A stretch of DNA of 64,000 nt from Dehalococcoidia bacterium (lineage in GTDB: Bacteria > Chloroflexota > Dehalococcoidia > UBA2979). This document shows positions 46,846-56,891 of this stretch, in pieces; the first letter of the stretch is position 1, and each line of letters starts with the position of its first letter. A program made the translations under genes and the position numbers. The DNA is taken from the NCBI GenBank assembly GCA_041390685.1, contig JAWKPL010000001.1, positions 556,141 through 620,140 of the forward strand, read 5' to 3'. The notes below the pieces were generated by a model. It saw nothing but the letters and a program-made list of their open reading frames with translations, searched no databases and had not been told where the DNA came from.

Positions 46846-48348
46846 TCATACCTCGGTGGCTGATGTGATGGCGAGGTTGTGGCCGAAGGCGCGCACGAAG
46901 CGCTTGCGGAGGGAGGAGGGGTCCCAACCGGGGGGGAGGTCCGCGTCGAGTGCCACTTCGGCGGTGGCGGCGTCAACGTTGAGGCGGAACTGGAAGGGCG
47001 ACGGCGGGAGGCGCTGTTCGAGCTGGTCGGCGAGGTAGAGGAGCGCGCTTGCACGAGCCAGGGGGGCGCGGTCGTTGTCGGCGAGGAGCGGCGCGTAGGC
47101 GAGCGGGTCGTAGCGCTCGGAGTTCGCGCCGCGCACGAGGGCCCCGAGCAGGGCCTGCTCGCGGTGGGTGAACCCATCGAGGCCGCGGGCGAGGATGATG
47201 CTCTCGGCGTGACGATGGCGGTTGTAGTAGTCGACACCGCGACCGAGATCGAGGAGGGCGGCGGCGACGGGAAGCAGGGGGGTGATGTCGTCGTCGGGCA
47301 GCCTGAGCGCGGTGGCGGCGCGGGTGACGATGACGCCTCGGCGGGCGGCGGCCCCGGCGGTGTCCGGCGCGAAGCGGGCGAGCGCGCGATCGACGGCGGC
47401 GGCGCGCAGTTCGGGGACCGGGACGAGAGCGCCATCGAGGTGGGCGAGCGCGACCCCCTCGCGGAGTCCCTGACCCGAGACGATTACTTCGTCGGCGCGG
47501 AGATGCTCTAGGAGGGCCTGGATGACGAGCGCGCCGGCGACGATGGTGTCCGCGCGATCCTCGTTGAGTCCGGCGACGGCGAGGCGTTCGGCGCGCGGCA
47601 TGGCGGTGAGGTCGCCGGCGATCTCGTCGAGGCGGGCGCGGGTCAGGGCGTAGCCGTGGAGGTGGGGGAGGGGGTAGCCGTAGCGGACGCGCGCGATCTT
47701 GGCGAGGTTGCGGATGGCGCCACCAGTGCCGACGAGACGGGCGGCGCCTTTGAGGCGGCCCAGGCCGACGTGCGCGATCTCGCGGGTGATGTGCTTGCGG
47801 AGGGCCCGTAATTGACTCGAAGGAGGCGGGTCGGCGAATACGAACTCGTCCGTGAGGCGGACAGCGCCGAGCTGCAACGTGGCGAGGCCGTCCGGGGCGC
47901 GGTCGCGGAAGCTGACGAGCTCGGCGCTCCCGCCGCCGAGGTCGACGAGTACGCCCTCAGTGACGGGCAGGCTGTGCAGTGCGCCGAGGAAGGCCAGGCG
48001 CGCCTCCTCCTCGCCCGGGACGATGCGGAGGTCGAGGCCGAGCGTGGTGCGCACGGCGGCGACGACTTCGGCGGCGTTGGCGGCATCGCGGACAGCGGAG
48101 GTGGCGACCACGGCGACGTCAGCGGCGCCCGCCGCACGGGCAATGGCGACGAACTCGCGCAGGACATCGATGACGCGGATGAGAGTGACGGGGCTAAGAC
48201 CGCCGTGCTCACGTACGTCCCGAATCAGGCGCGGAACCGCGCGTGCTTCCTGGACGACCTCGAGGAAGGCGCGTCCGTCCGTGTCGATGACGGCGATGCG
48301 CATGGAGTTGGAGCCGACATCGATGGCGGCGATGCGGGTGTCCAGCAA
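46846..48348 (-). CDS. ppx: Ppx/GppA family exopolyphosphatase / guanosine pentaphosphate phosphohydrolase
   Basis: N-terminal 'AAIDVGSNSMRIAV' actin-like ATPase fold and a C-terminal HD-like region. 500 aa. Confidence 0.85.
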   Translation of the reverse strand: MLDTRIAAIDVGSNSMRIAVIDTDGRAFLEVVQEARAVPRLIRDVREHGGLSPVTLIRVIDVLREFVAIARAAGAADVAVVATSAVRDAANAAEVVAAVRTTLGLDLRIVPGEEEARLAFLGALHSLPVTEGVLVDLGGGSAELVSFRDRAPDGLATLQLGAVRLTDEFVFADPPPSSQLRALRKHITREIAHVGLGRLKGAARLVGTGGAIRNLAKIARVRYGYPLPHLHGYALTRARLDEIAGDLTAMPRAERLAVAGLNEDRADTIVAGALVIQALLEHLRADEVIVSGQGLREGVALAHLDGALVPVPELRAAAVDRALARFAPDTAGAAARRGVIVTRAATALRLPDDDITPLLPVAAALLDLGRGVDYYNRHRHAESIILARGLDGFTHREQALLGALVRGANSERYDPLAYAPLLADNDRAPLARASALLYLADQLEQRLPPSPFQFRLNVDAATAEVALDADLPPGWDPSSLRKRFVRAFGHNLAITSATEV

Positions 48349-48552
48349 CGAGCGGGCTCCGTCCCGGGGAATCTGGTACCTCGATGCTCACGGTAGCGCG
48401 GCCGGCCAGCGGGGGCGAGGGCGGCCGCGCTGCCCCCTCGGCTGGAGGCCGCGCTACACTGGCGGCACATTGACGACGTGGACGGTGCGCGCACGCGGAC
48501 CGTTGTGATCCGGGCCCATCGGGTGGGCCCTCGTGGGACCGGGGCCGCGGAC

Positions 48553-50214
48553 ATGATTCGTGACGAGGTGCAGAGGCTGGTGGCGCAGGCGCTCGCGGCG
48601 GCGCAGGAGGCGGGCGACATTCCGGTGTTCGCCGTGCCGGAGATCCAGGTAGAGCACCCGGCACGCGTGGAGCACGGTGACTACTCGGCGAACCTGCCGT
48701 TGCGGATCCAGGGCCTGGCGCGGATGAAGGCGGTAGACGTCGCGGAGTCGCTGCGGCGGCACGTGCCGGCGCACGTCGCAGTGTCGGACGTGCGAGTGGC
48801 CCCGCCGGGATTCCTCAACTTCTACCTCGACGCCGCGTGGCTGGCCTCGCAAGTCAGGGAGATCGCGGCGGCAGGGTCGGACTACGCCGGGAGCGCGGCC
48901 GGCGCGGGGCGGCGGCTGCAAATCGAATATGTGTCGGCGAACCCGACGGGCCCGGTGCACGTGGGGAACGGGCGCGGGGCGGCAATCGGGTCGACGCTCG
49001 CGCGCGTGCTCCGGGCGGCGGGCTATGACGTCGAAGAGGAGTACTACGTCAACGACGCGGGTACGCAGGTAGCGATCTTCGCGCGGACGCTGTACGCGCG
49101 GTACCAGCAGCTCTTCGGACGGGCGGTCGAGATCCCGGAGAACGGGTATCCGGGCGAGTACATGGTGCAGATCGCGGAACGGATCCGCGAGTTGCACGGC
49201 GACCGCTTCCTCCGGCCGGCCGGCGAGGAGACGGGCGCGGAGCTGGGAGATGTCGGCATCCAGTTGATGGTCGACCAAATCCGGGACGACCTCGAGTTGC
49301 TGCGGGTGCGGTACGACCGCTGGTTCTCCGAGCGGTCGTTGCAGACCGAGGGCGGGCCGTACTCGGAGGTGATGCGGATCCTCGAGGAGCGGGGCCACGT
49401 CGTGCGGCGGGAGGGAGCGGTGTGGTTCGCCTCGTCGCAACTGGGGGAGTCGAAGGACAACGTGCTGATCCGGTCGGACGGGGTGCCGACGTACTTCGCC
49501 TCGGACGTTGCCTATCATTATGACAAGTTCATCCTCCGGGGGTTCGACCGGGTGATCGACATCTGGGGCGCGGACCATCAGGGGCACGTGTCCCGGGTGA
49601 AGGCGGCGGTGACGGCGGTGGGGGGGAACGGTGACGACCTCGACGTGCTGCTGTACCAGCTGGTGACGCTGAAGCGCGGGGCCGAGGTGGTGCCGCTGTC
49701 GAAGCGGGCGGGCGAGATCGTGACGCTGCGCGATGTAGTGTCGGAGGTCGGTGCGGACGCGGCGCGGTTCTTCTTCCTGCAGCCCTCGGCGGGGTCGACG
49801 ATGGACTTCGACCTGGAACTGGCGACGCGGCAGAGTGACGAGAACCCGGTGTACTACGTGCAGTACGCGCACGCGCGGATCTCGAGCATTCTCGCAAGGG
49901 CGGCTTCCGAGGGGGTGAGCTCGGACGGCGCGGACACCTCGTTGCTCACGCACGAGGCGGAGCAGGCGCTGCTGCGGAAGCTGCTGCTGTTGCCGGAGGT
50001 GGTGGAGCAGGTGGTGACGTCGCTGGAGGCGCACCATTTGCCCGCGTACGCGCAATCGCTGGCGCAGTCGTTCCACGTGTTCTACACCCAGTGCCGCGTG
50101 ATCACCGAAGACGTGCCGCTGACGAAGGCGCGACTGGCGCTGGCGGAGGCGACGCGGACGGTACTGGCGCGGACGCTCGAGCTGATGTCGATCAGCGCGC
50201 CGGAGCAGATGTAG
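48553..50214 (+). CDS. argS: Arginine--tRNA ligase
   Basis: 'SANPTGPVHVGNGRGA' (HIGH region) and a KMSKS-equivalent region. Start taken at the internal 'MIRDEVQRLV'. Confidence 0.9.
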   Translation: MIRDEVQRLVAQALAAAQEAGDIPVFAVPEIQVEHPARVEHGDYSANLPLRIQGLARMKAVDVAESLRRHVPAHVAVSDVRVAPPGFLNFYLDAAWLASQVREIAAAGSDYAGSAAGAGRRLQIEYVSANPTGPVHVGNGRGAAIGSTLARVLRAAGYDVEEEYYVNDAGTQVAIFARTLYARYQQLFGRAVEIPENGYPGEYMVQIAERIRELHGDRFLRPAGEETGAELGDVGIQLMVDQIRDDLELLRVRYDRWFSERSLQTEGGPYSEVMRILEERGHVVRREGAVWFASSQLGESKDNVLIRSDGVPTYFASDVAYHYDKFILRGFDRVIDIWGADHQGHVSRVKAAVTAVGGNGDDLDVLLYQLVTLKRGAEVVPLSKRAGEIVTLRDVVSEVGADAARFFFLQPSAGSTMDFDLELATRQSDENPVYYVQYAHARISSILARAASEGVSSDGADTSLLTHEAEQALLRKLLLLPEVVEQVVTSLEAHHLPAYAQSLAQSFHVFYTQCRVITEDVPLTKARLALAEATRTVLARTLELMSISAPEQM

Positions 50215-50269
50215 CGAGCGGGGTTGCGCCTCGGAGATCGGGGCACGTGGGCGCTCAGCCCTCTGTAGG

Positions 50270-50296
50270 GCGGGATCGGCAGCAAGCCTGTCCCGC
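50270..50296. terminator. Weak hairpin (6-bp stem) between convergent argS and the VOC-family gene
   Basis: 'gcggga'...'tcccgc'. It overlaps the VOC-family gene stop. Confidence 0.25.
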
Positions 50297-50706
50297 TACT
50301 CGTCGACCGTCGGGCCGCTGTACAGGATCTCGAACTGCAGGCGATCGGGTGACTCGAAGATGATCTGGTAGTACGTCTCGTCGTCGTCGTTTACGAACTC
50401 GGGACGACGGCGCGGGGTCTCGAAGAGCAGATCAACGCCCTGGCCGCGTAGCCACGCGCCGACGAGGTCGACGTCCGCCGGGGCATCCGTGCCGATGCCG
50501 ATGTGGTTCATCCCCGGGCCGTCGTAGTCGTTGGTCGACGCGCTCGCCTTGTGGAACCAGATGCTGTCTCTGCCGGCCCCGCCGAAGCCGAAGAACCCAT
50601 CCCCCTCGTAGATAACGGGCCAACCCAGGAGCCCGAAGAGTCCTCGATAGAATGCGCTGTTCTGCGGATCGATATTCAGCTGGATGCGGGCGAGATGGGT
50701 CCCCAC
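50296..50706 (-). CDS. VOC / glyoxalase-bleomycin resistance family protein
   Basis: 136 aa, two beta-alpha-beta-beta-beta modules. Confidence 0.7.
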   Translation of the reverse strand: MGTHLARIQLNIDPQNSAFYRGLFGLLGWPVIYEGDGFFGFGGAGRDSIWFHKASASTNDYDGPGMNHIGIGTDAPADVDLVGAWLRGQGVDLLFETPRRRPEFVNDDDETYYQIIFESPDRLQFEILYSGPTVDE

Positions 50707-50841
50707 TGGGGGAGCTCCTTCCGCGGCGGCCCTGCGAGTCAGCGCGCCGGCACAAGCGGTCGCCGACGATCATGGAACATTAGTTCTCTTCCTGCAAGAT
50801 AGCGGCGCCGGAACGTCAACGAATGGCCGCGAGAGCTTCGG

Positions 50842-52113
50842 TCAGGCCGTGGGGAGGCGGAGGGTGAACCTCGATCCCCGGCCTGGGGTGGATTCGACGG
50901 CGGTGGAGCCGGAGTGGGCCTCCGCGATGCCGCGGACGATGGCGAGGCCGAGGCCGGCGCCGTCGGAGCTCTCGCCAGTGCGGGTGCGGGAGCGCTCGGC
51001 GCGGAAGAAGCGGTCCCAGACGCGCGGGAGGTCTTCGGCGGCGATGCCGTGGCCAGTGTCACGGACATGGAGGGCGACTCCCTCGCGGACGGGTTCGACG
51101 ACGACGGTGACGGAGCCCTCGGGTGGGGTGTAGGCGAGGGCGTTACTCACGAGGTTACGGACCGCACGCTCGATGAGGGCGCCATCGAGGAGGGCCGCGG
51201 GAACGGGGCCGCGAACCTGGAGGGTAAGGGTGATGCGGCGAGCGACGGCCTGGGCCTGCATAGCATCGACGACCTCGGCGGCGATCTCGTCGAGGGCGAG
51301 GGGACGGCGGGTCAGCTGCACGGAACCGGCGTCGAGCTGAGAGAGCTGAAAGAGGTCGTCGATCATGGCGCCGAGGCGTTCGGCTTCGCGGCGCATGGCG
51401 TGGTGGTAGCGCTTCACTTCGGCCTCCGCGGTCACGACCTCGTCGTCGAGGGCTTCGGCCATGGCGCGCATGGAGGCGAGGGGCGTGCGGAGGTCGTGGG
51501 AGATGGCGATGGTGAAGTCGCGGCGGTCGCGCTCAAGGGCGGCGCGGGCGACCTCGGCAAACTCAAGGCGATCGGCGAGGACGTTCACGTCATCGGCGAG
51601 GCGGGCGACCTCGTCACGGCCGACTGCGGGGACGCGGGTGTCGTAGCGGCCGAGGGAGAGGACACGCACCGCCTCGGTGACCGAGTGCAGGCGGCGGGTG
51701 ATGGTGGTGGCGACCCAGGTGCTGAAGCCGAGGGAGATGGTGGCGCTCACGGCGATGAGCGCGATCAGCAGGCCGAGGTCGTGATCGGTCGACACGAACA
51801 TGAGCTGGGAGACGATGAAGACGTTGAGGAGGCCGACGAGGGCTCCGATGAGCCCCCCGAGAGCGACCTTCGTGCGCAGGGTGAGGGCGCCCGCGCGGTC
51901 AGCGGCCTGGACGCCGGCGGCGCCGCCGAGGAGCGTCGCGGCGCCGGAGAGCGCGATGTACAGCGCGAGCGCGCGGAGGTCGCCCGCCGGAGGCTGAATC
52001 AGCAACTGGGCGACGAGCAGGCCGACGAGGATGGCGGCGCCCAGCGCGAGCGCGAACGTGGCGAGCCCGGGCGACGGCGTGGATGGGACCCGCAGCGCGA
52101 CGTGATTCCTCAT
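50842..52113 (-). CDS. Sensor histidine kinase (HAMP-HisKA-HATPase)
   Basis: H-box 'ISHDLRTPLASM' plus N, G1 and G2 boxes. Start at the internal 'MRNHVALRV', with GGAG 9 nt upstream; this avoids overlapping the response regulator. Confidence 0.8.
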   Translation of the reverse strand: MRNHVALRVPSTPSPGLATFALALGAAILVGLLVAQLLIQPPAGDLRALALYIALSGAATLLGGAAGVQAADRAGALTLRTKVALGGLIGALVGLLNVFIVSQLMFVSTDHDLGLLIALIAVSATISLGFSTWVATTITRRLHSVTEAVRVLSLGRYDTRVPAVGRDEVARLADDVNVLADRLEFAEVARAALERDRRDFTIAISHDLRTPLASMRAMAEALDDEVVTAEAEVKRYHHAMRREAERLGAMIDDLFQLSQLDAGSVQLTRRPLALDEIAAEVVDAMQAQAVARRITLTLQVRGPVPAALLDGALIERAVRNLVSNALAYTPPEGSVTVVVEPVREGVALHVRDTGHGIAAEDLPRVWDRFFRAERSRTRTGESSDGAGLGLAIVRGIAEAHSGSTAVESTPGRGSRFTLRLPTA

Positions 52114-52138
52114 GAGCGGGCTCCAGTCTGCCGAGGCA

Positions 52139-52840
52139 TCAGCCTTCGAACTTGTAGCCGACGCCCCAGACGGTACGGAGGAACGCTGGGCGCGAAGGAT
52201 CATGCTCGATCTTCGTGCGGAGGCGGCGGACGTGGACGGTCACGGTGCCCGCGTCGCCCTCGAAATCCTCGTCCCAGATGGCGTCCATGAGCTGCTCGCG
52301 GCTGAAGACACGGCCGGGGTGCTCGGCGAGGTAGGCGAGCAAGTCGAACTCGCGAGCGGTGAGGGCGACTGGCTCGCCGCGCAGGAGGACCGTGCGTTTG
52401 ACCGGGTCGACCTCGAGATCGCCGAAGCGGAGGTTGCCGCGCGCGCCAGCGCCACCGGTGCGCACGGGGGCGGCCGCGCGGCGGAGCACGGCCTCTACGC
52501 GGGCCACGAGCTCGCGGGGGCTGAAGGGCTTGGTGACGTAGTCGTCCGCGCCGAGCCCGAGGCCGTTGATCTTGTCGGCCTCGCCGTCGCGGGCGGTGAG
52601 CAGGATCACGGGGGTGGCGCCGTCCTCGCGGATGCGCTGGCAGACCTCAAGGCCGTCGATGCCGGGCAGCATGACGTCGAGGACGACGAGGTCCGGGGCG
52701 GCGCGGCGGTAGGCGGCGAGTCCGGCATTCCCGTCGTGAGCGACCTCGACCTCGTAGCCGTCGCGGCGGAGGTAGCGTTCGACTACGTCGGCGACCATAT
52801 CCTCATCTTCGACGACGAGGATGCGCCTGGCATCGGGCAT
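52139..52840 (-). CDS. OmpR/PhoB-family response regulator
   Basis: Receiver 'ILVVEDEDMV...LVVLDVMLPGIDG' and winged-helix 'VGYKFEG'. Confidence 0.9.
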   Translation of the reverse strand: MPDARRILVVEDEDMVADVVERYLRRDGYEVEVAHDGNAGLAAYRRAAPDLVVLDVMLPGIDGLEVCQRIREDGATPVILLTARDGEADKINGLGLGADDYVTKPFSPRELVARVEAVLRRAAAPVRTGGAGARGNLRFGDLEVDPVKRTVLLRGEPVALTAREFDLLAYLAEHPGRVFSREQLMDAIWDEDFEGDAGTVTVHVRRLRTKIEHDPSRPAFLRTVWGVGYKFEG

Positions 52841-52923
52841 GGTGCGCCTCCGTCCTCTTCTGTGTACTACGACGAACGTACGCGGGAAGACTTACCGAAG
52901 TATGACGGTGGAGTGGTTGCAGA

Positions 52924-53223
52924 TCAGTCGGTAGCGAGGCGGTCCTCGACAGCCCGCACCTTGGCGTCGAGCGCGTTCTCGACACCGGGGCGGAGGTCGG
53001 CCTTGAGGACGAGGCTGGCGCGGCCCGTGCGGGCGGCGACGGCCTGGGTGGCGGCCCGGACGACCGCCATCACCTCGTCCCATTCGCCCTCGACGGTGGT
53101 GAACATGGCATCGGTGCGGTTGGGCAGTCCGGATTCGCGGACGATGCGGACAGCGTCGGCGACGGTGTCGCTGACCGACGTGGAGGCGGTGCCGATGGGG
53201 GTGACTGAGAAGGCGACGAGCAT
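52924..53223 (-). CDS. MTH1187/YkoF-family (thiamine-binding-like) small protein
   Basis: 99 aa, beta-alpha-beta-beta-alpha-beta pattern typical of DUF77. Confidence 0.6.
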   Translation of the reverse strand: MLVAFSVTPIGTASTSVSDTVADAVRIVRESGLPNRTDAMFTTVEGEWDEVMAVVRAATQAVAARTGRASLVLKADLRPGVENALDAKVRAVEDRLATD

Positions 53224-53357
53224 GCAGACTCCTCGATGTGGGCTGAGGCGGGACTATCCCGGCGGGCCTGACCGGGCTAACACGAAGCGAGTAAGATAGC
53301 GACGCCCGGCCGGAGGGGCGGGCGCAGTCACGACGCAATCCTCGGGAGGAATGCACC

Positions 53358-55637
53358 TTGGTCGCTACGGACAAACCATACACGACGATCGGAACGCGGC
53401 CGGTGCGGCCGGACGGCGCGGACAAGGTCACGGGTCGGGCGCAGTACGGCGCGGACATCTCGTTGCCGGGGATGCTGTTCGGGCGCGTGAAGCGCAGCCC
53501 GCACGCGCACGCGCACATCAAGAAGATCGACGTGTCGAGGGCGCTGGCGCTGCCCGGTGTGAAGGCGGTGATCACGAACGCCGACTTCCCGGCGGCGGAG
53601 GACGTGATCGAGGACCTGGGCGAGAGCGCGACGAACCTGAAGTGGCTGCTCGACAACATCCTGGCCTCAGACAAGGCGCTGTATCAGGGGCATGCGATCG
53701 CGGCGGTGGCGGCGACGGACCCGCACGTCGCTGAGGACGCGCTGCAGCTGATCGAGGTTGAGTACGAGTTGCTGCCGCCGGTGATGAACGTGCGCGACGC
53801 CATGCTGGAGTCGGCGCCGCTGCTGCACCCGGACATGCGTACGGTGAAGATGCTGGCGCGCTTCGTGCCGGGCCCGGAGCGGGGCGACCGGCCGACGAAC
53901 ATCGCGAGCACGCTGCAGTTCAAGAACGGGGACGTGGAGCAGGGATTCGCGGAGTCGGACATCATCCTCGAGCGGGAGTTCGAGACGACGATGACGCACC
54001 AGGGATACATCGAGCCGCAGAACGGGACTGCGTTCTGGAATTCGGACGATGAGCTGACCGTGTGGACGAGTACGCAGGGCGCGTTCTCGGTGCGGGACCA
54101 GACGGCCAAGATCGTGAAGCTGCCGGTGTCCAAGGTGCGCGTGGTGCCGATGGAGATCGGCGGCGGGTTCGGGGGGAAGATCCCCGTGTACCTGGAGCCG
54201 CTGGCGGCGATCCTGTCCCGGCAGACGGGGCGTCCCGTGAAGATGAGCATGAACCGCGAGGAGGTGTTCGAGGGGACGGGGCCGACCTCGGGGGCGTACC
54301 TGCGCGTGAAGCTCGGTGCGAAGCGCGACGGGACGTTCATGGCCTCGGAGGCGTTCCTGGCCTACGAAGGCGGGGCGTATCCGGGATCGCCGGCGGGCGG
54401 TGGTGCGGTCTGCATCTGGGGGCCGTACGACATCCCGAACATCCTGGTGGACGCGCTGGACGTGGTGGTGAACAAGCCGAAGGTGGCGGCGTACCGGGCG
54501 CCGGGCGCGCCCGCCTCGGAGTATGCGTTCGAGTCGCTGGTGGACGAGCTCGCGGAGATGCTCGACATGGACCCGATGGACCTGCGTCTGAAGAACGCGG
54601 CCACGGAGGGGACGCGGCGCACGGACGGCACGGTGTTCGGGGTGATCGGCAACATCGAGACGATGGAAGCCGTGAAGAACAGCGACCACTACCGTTCCGA
54701 GATGCAGGGCAAGCACCGCGGGCGCGGCGTGGCCATGGGCTACTGGGGCAACGCGGGGATGGAGTCCTCGGCGTACGCGTCGGTGGTCGCGGACGGCACG
54801 GTGGCGCTGGTGATTGGCGCGACGGACATCGGTGGCAGCCGGGCTTCGCACGCGATGCAGATGGCGGAGACGCTGGGCATCCCGTACGAGGACGTGAAGC
54901 CGAAGGTGGTAGACACGGACTCGGTCGGGTACACGGGCGTGACCGGCGGGAGCCGGACGACGTTCGCGGGCGGCTGGGCCGTCTATGAGGCGGCGATGGA
55001 CATTCGCAGCCAGCTCGAAGAGCGGGCGGCGGCGATCTGGGAGGTCGACCGCAACCTCGTGCGTTACGAGGACGGCGGCGTGAACGGCCCCGACGGGAAG
55101 CGGTTCAGCTTCCGGGAGCTGGCGGGGCAGCTGCCGCACACGGGCGGGATGATCCAGGGCCGGGCGGACATCAACAAGAGCACGCAGGGGCCCTCGTTCG
55201 CGGCGCACATCGCGGACGTGGAGGTCGACCCGGAAACGGGCAAGGTGCAGGTGCTGCGGTACACGGCGATCCAGGACGTCGGGACGGCTGTGCACCCCTC
55301 GTACGTGGAGGGCCAGATCCAGGGCGGCGCGGTGCAGGGCATCGGGATGGCGCTGTCGGAGGAGTACTTCTACGACGAGCAGGGGCAGATGCGCAACGCG
55401 AGCTGGCTCGACTACCGGATGCCGACGACGCTCGACCTGCCGATGATCGAGACCATCCTCGTGGAGGTCCCGAACCCCGGTCACCCCTACGGGGTACGTG
55501 GCGTGGCCGAGGTGCCGATCGTGCCGGCACTGGCGGCCGTAGCGAACGCGATCTACCACGCAACGGGGCTGCGGATGCGGAAGCTGCCGGCGTCGCCGCG
55601 GGCGGTGCTGGAAGAGATGCTGGACAACCCCTCGTAG
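53358..55637 (+). CDS. Xanthine dehydrogenase/CoxL-like molybdopterin-binding large subunit, second orphan paralog (759 aa)
   Basis: TTG start 7 nt after GGGAGGA. 'MVATDKPYTTIGTRPVRPDGADKVTGRAQYGADIS...' is collinear with 2264..4540 along its full length. Confidence 0.85.
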   Translation: MVATDKPYTTIGTRPVRPDGADKVTGRAQYGADISLPGMLFGRVKRSPHAHAHIKKIDVSRALALPGVKAVITNADFPAAEDVIEDLGESATNLKWLLDNILASDKALYQGHAIAAVAATDPHVAEDALQLIEVEYELLPPVMNVRDAMLESAPLLHPDMRTVKMLARFVPGPERGDRPTNIASTLQFKNGDVEQGFAESDIILEREFETTMTHQGYIEPQNGTAFWNSDDELTVWTSTQGAFSVRDQTAKIVKLPVSKVRVVPMEIGGGFGGKIPVYLEPLAAILSRQTGRPVKMSMNREEVFEGTGPTSGAYLRVKLGAKRDGTFMASEAFLAYEGGAYPGSPAGGGAVCIWGPYDIPNILVDALDVVVNKPKVAAYRAPGAPASEYAFESLVDELAEMLDMDPMDLRLKNAATEGTRRTDGTVFGVIGNIETMEAVKNSDHYRSEMQGKHRGRGVAMGYWGNAGMESSAYASVVADGTVALVIGATDIGGSRASHAMQMAETLGIPYEDVKPKVVDTDSVGYTGVTGGSRTTFAGGWAVYEAAMDIRSQLEERAAAIWEVDRNLVRYEDGGVNGPDGKRFSFRELAGQLPHTGGMIQGRADINKSTQGPSFAAHIADVEVDPETGKVQVLRYTAIQDVGTAVHPSYVEGQIQGGAVQGIGMALSEEYFYDEQGQMRNASWLDYRMPTTLDLPMIETILVEVPNPGHPYGVRGVAEVPIVPALAAVANAIYHATGLRMRKLPASPRAVLEEMLDNPS

Positions 55638-55658
55638 GGCCGCGACTGGAGGGTGAAG

Positions 55659-55692
55659 CGAAGGCCGAGGAGGGTGACCTCCTCGGCCTTCG
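55659..55692. terminator. Strong hairpin: 15-bp perfect GC-rich stem, 4-nt loop (gtga), between convergent genes
   Basis: 'cgaaggccgaggagg gtga cctcctcggccttcg'. Confidence 0.6.
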
Positions 55693-55705
55693 TCGTCGCG
55701 AGCGG

Positions 55706-56785
55706 CTACTTCCTGACCTCGAAGATGAGGTTGAAGGGCGTTTCGGCGGCGCGGCGGAAGCGGGTGAAGCCGGCTTCCTCGAAGACAGCGCGGGTGGCCG
55801 CCTCGCCGGCCTGGGCGCCGAGGGCATACAGCCCGCCCTCGCTTACCGCATGCGGAAGGCAGACCAAACTCGATGCCGCGTAGTACAGCCGTCCGACGGG
55901 GTTGAAGTTGTCCTCGACGCGATCCGAAGCGAAGGGCTCGACGAGCAGGACCGCACCGTCGGGCGCGAGCGCCCCGTATGCCTGGCGAGCCGCCGCGAGC
56001 GGATCACCGAGATCGTGCAGGCAGTCGAAGAAGCAGACCAGGCCGTAGTCGCGGCCAGGGATGCCGCCGGCACCGACCACCTCGAAGGACACGTTGTCGA
56101 GGTCCCGCTCGCGGGCGAGGCCGCGGGCCGCCTCGACGGAGCCCGAGTGCGTGTCGAAGCCACGGAACGTGCTCCACGGGAACGCCTCCGCCATGAGGGT
56201 GGTGGAGTGACCGTAGCCGCAGCCGATGTCGGCGACGAGGATTCCGGCCTCGAGCAATGGGACGACGCCGGTCAGCGCCGGCAGCCACTCGGAGACGAGG
56301 CTGGCGCGATAGCCGTTGCGATAGAACGTGGCGACTCCCTCGTGGAGACGATGGTCGTGCTCACTCCACGCGATCCCCTCGTCATTGCGATAGGCCTCGA
56401 CGAAGCGTTCCTGTTCGCGGAACAACGTGGCGGGGACGTGCCAGGCCGACGGGATGAACACGGGGCTGGACTCGTCCGCGAAGACGAGGGCCTGCTCCGG
56501 GTTGAGCTCGAAGCAGCCGGTGGCGGAGTCGAAGTCGACGTAGCCGCCGGCGGCCTGGGCGTACAGCCACTCGCGGACGTAGCGCTCGGGCGCGCCGGCC
56601 CGCCGGGCAACCTCGGCGGGAGGCAGGGGGCCCTGATCCCACATGGCCACGTAGAGCCCGAGGGCATGGCCGACGACGACAGTGGAGCCGCCGTAGGCGG
56701 CGGAGATGTCCGAGACAGCGCGTCCGACGAGCGTCTCGAGGCTGGCCTGGTCGACGGGGCGAGGCCGATGCAGCTGGGTGGTCAT
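55706..56785 (-). CDS. Class I SAM-dependent methyltransferase, paralog of 18451..19524
   Basis: ATG 7 nt after GGAGG. Motif I 'VADIGCGYGHST'. Same architecture as the paralog. Confidence 0.75.
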   Translation of the reverse strand: MTTQLHRPRPVDQASLETLVGRAVSDISAAYGGSTVVVGHALGLYVAMWDQGPLPPAEVARRAGAPERYVREWLYAQAAGGYVDFDSATGCFELNPEQALVFADESSPVFIPSAWHVPATLFREQERFVEAYRNDEGIAWSEHDHRLHEGVATFYRNGYRASLVSEWLPALTGVVPLLEAGILVADIGCGYGHSTTLMAEAFPWSTFRGFDTHSGSVEAARGLARERDLDNVSFEVVGAGGIPGRDYGLVCFFDCLHDLGDPLAAARQAYGALAPDGAVLLVEPFASDRVEDNFNPVGRLYYAASSLVCLPHAVSEGGLYALGAQAGEAATRAVFEEAGFTRFRRAAETPFNLIFEVRK

Positions 56786-56891
56786 AGCAATCCTCCAAGT
56801 ACCGCGCTCCGCCGGTGGGAGCCCTGCACAAGAGGTTCGGGGTTGAGGGGGCCGCCTCGTAAGGGCGAGAATCGCCAAAAGGAGGCCGTTC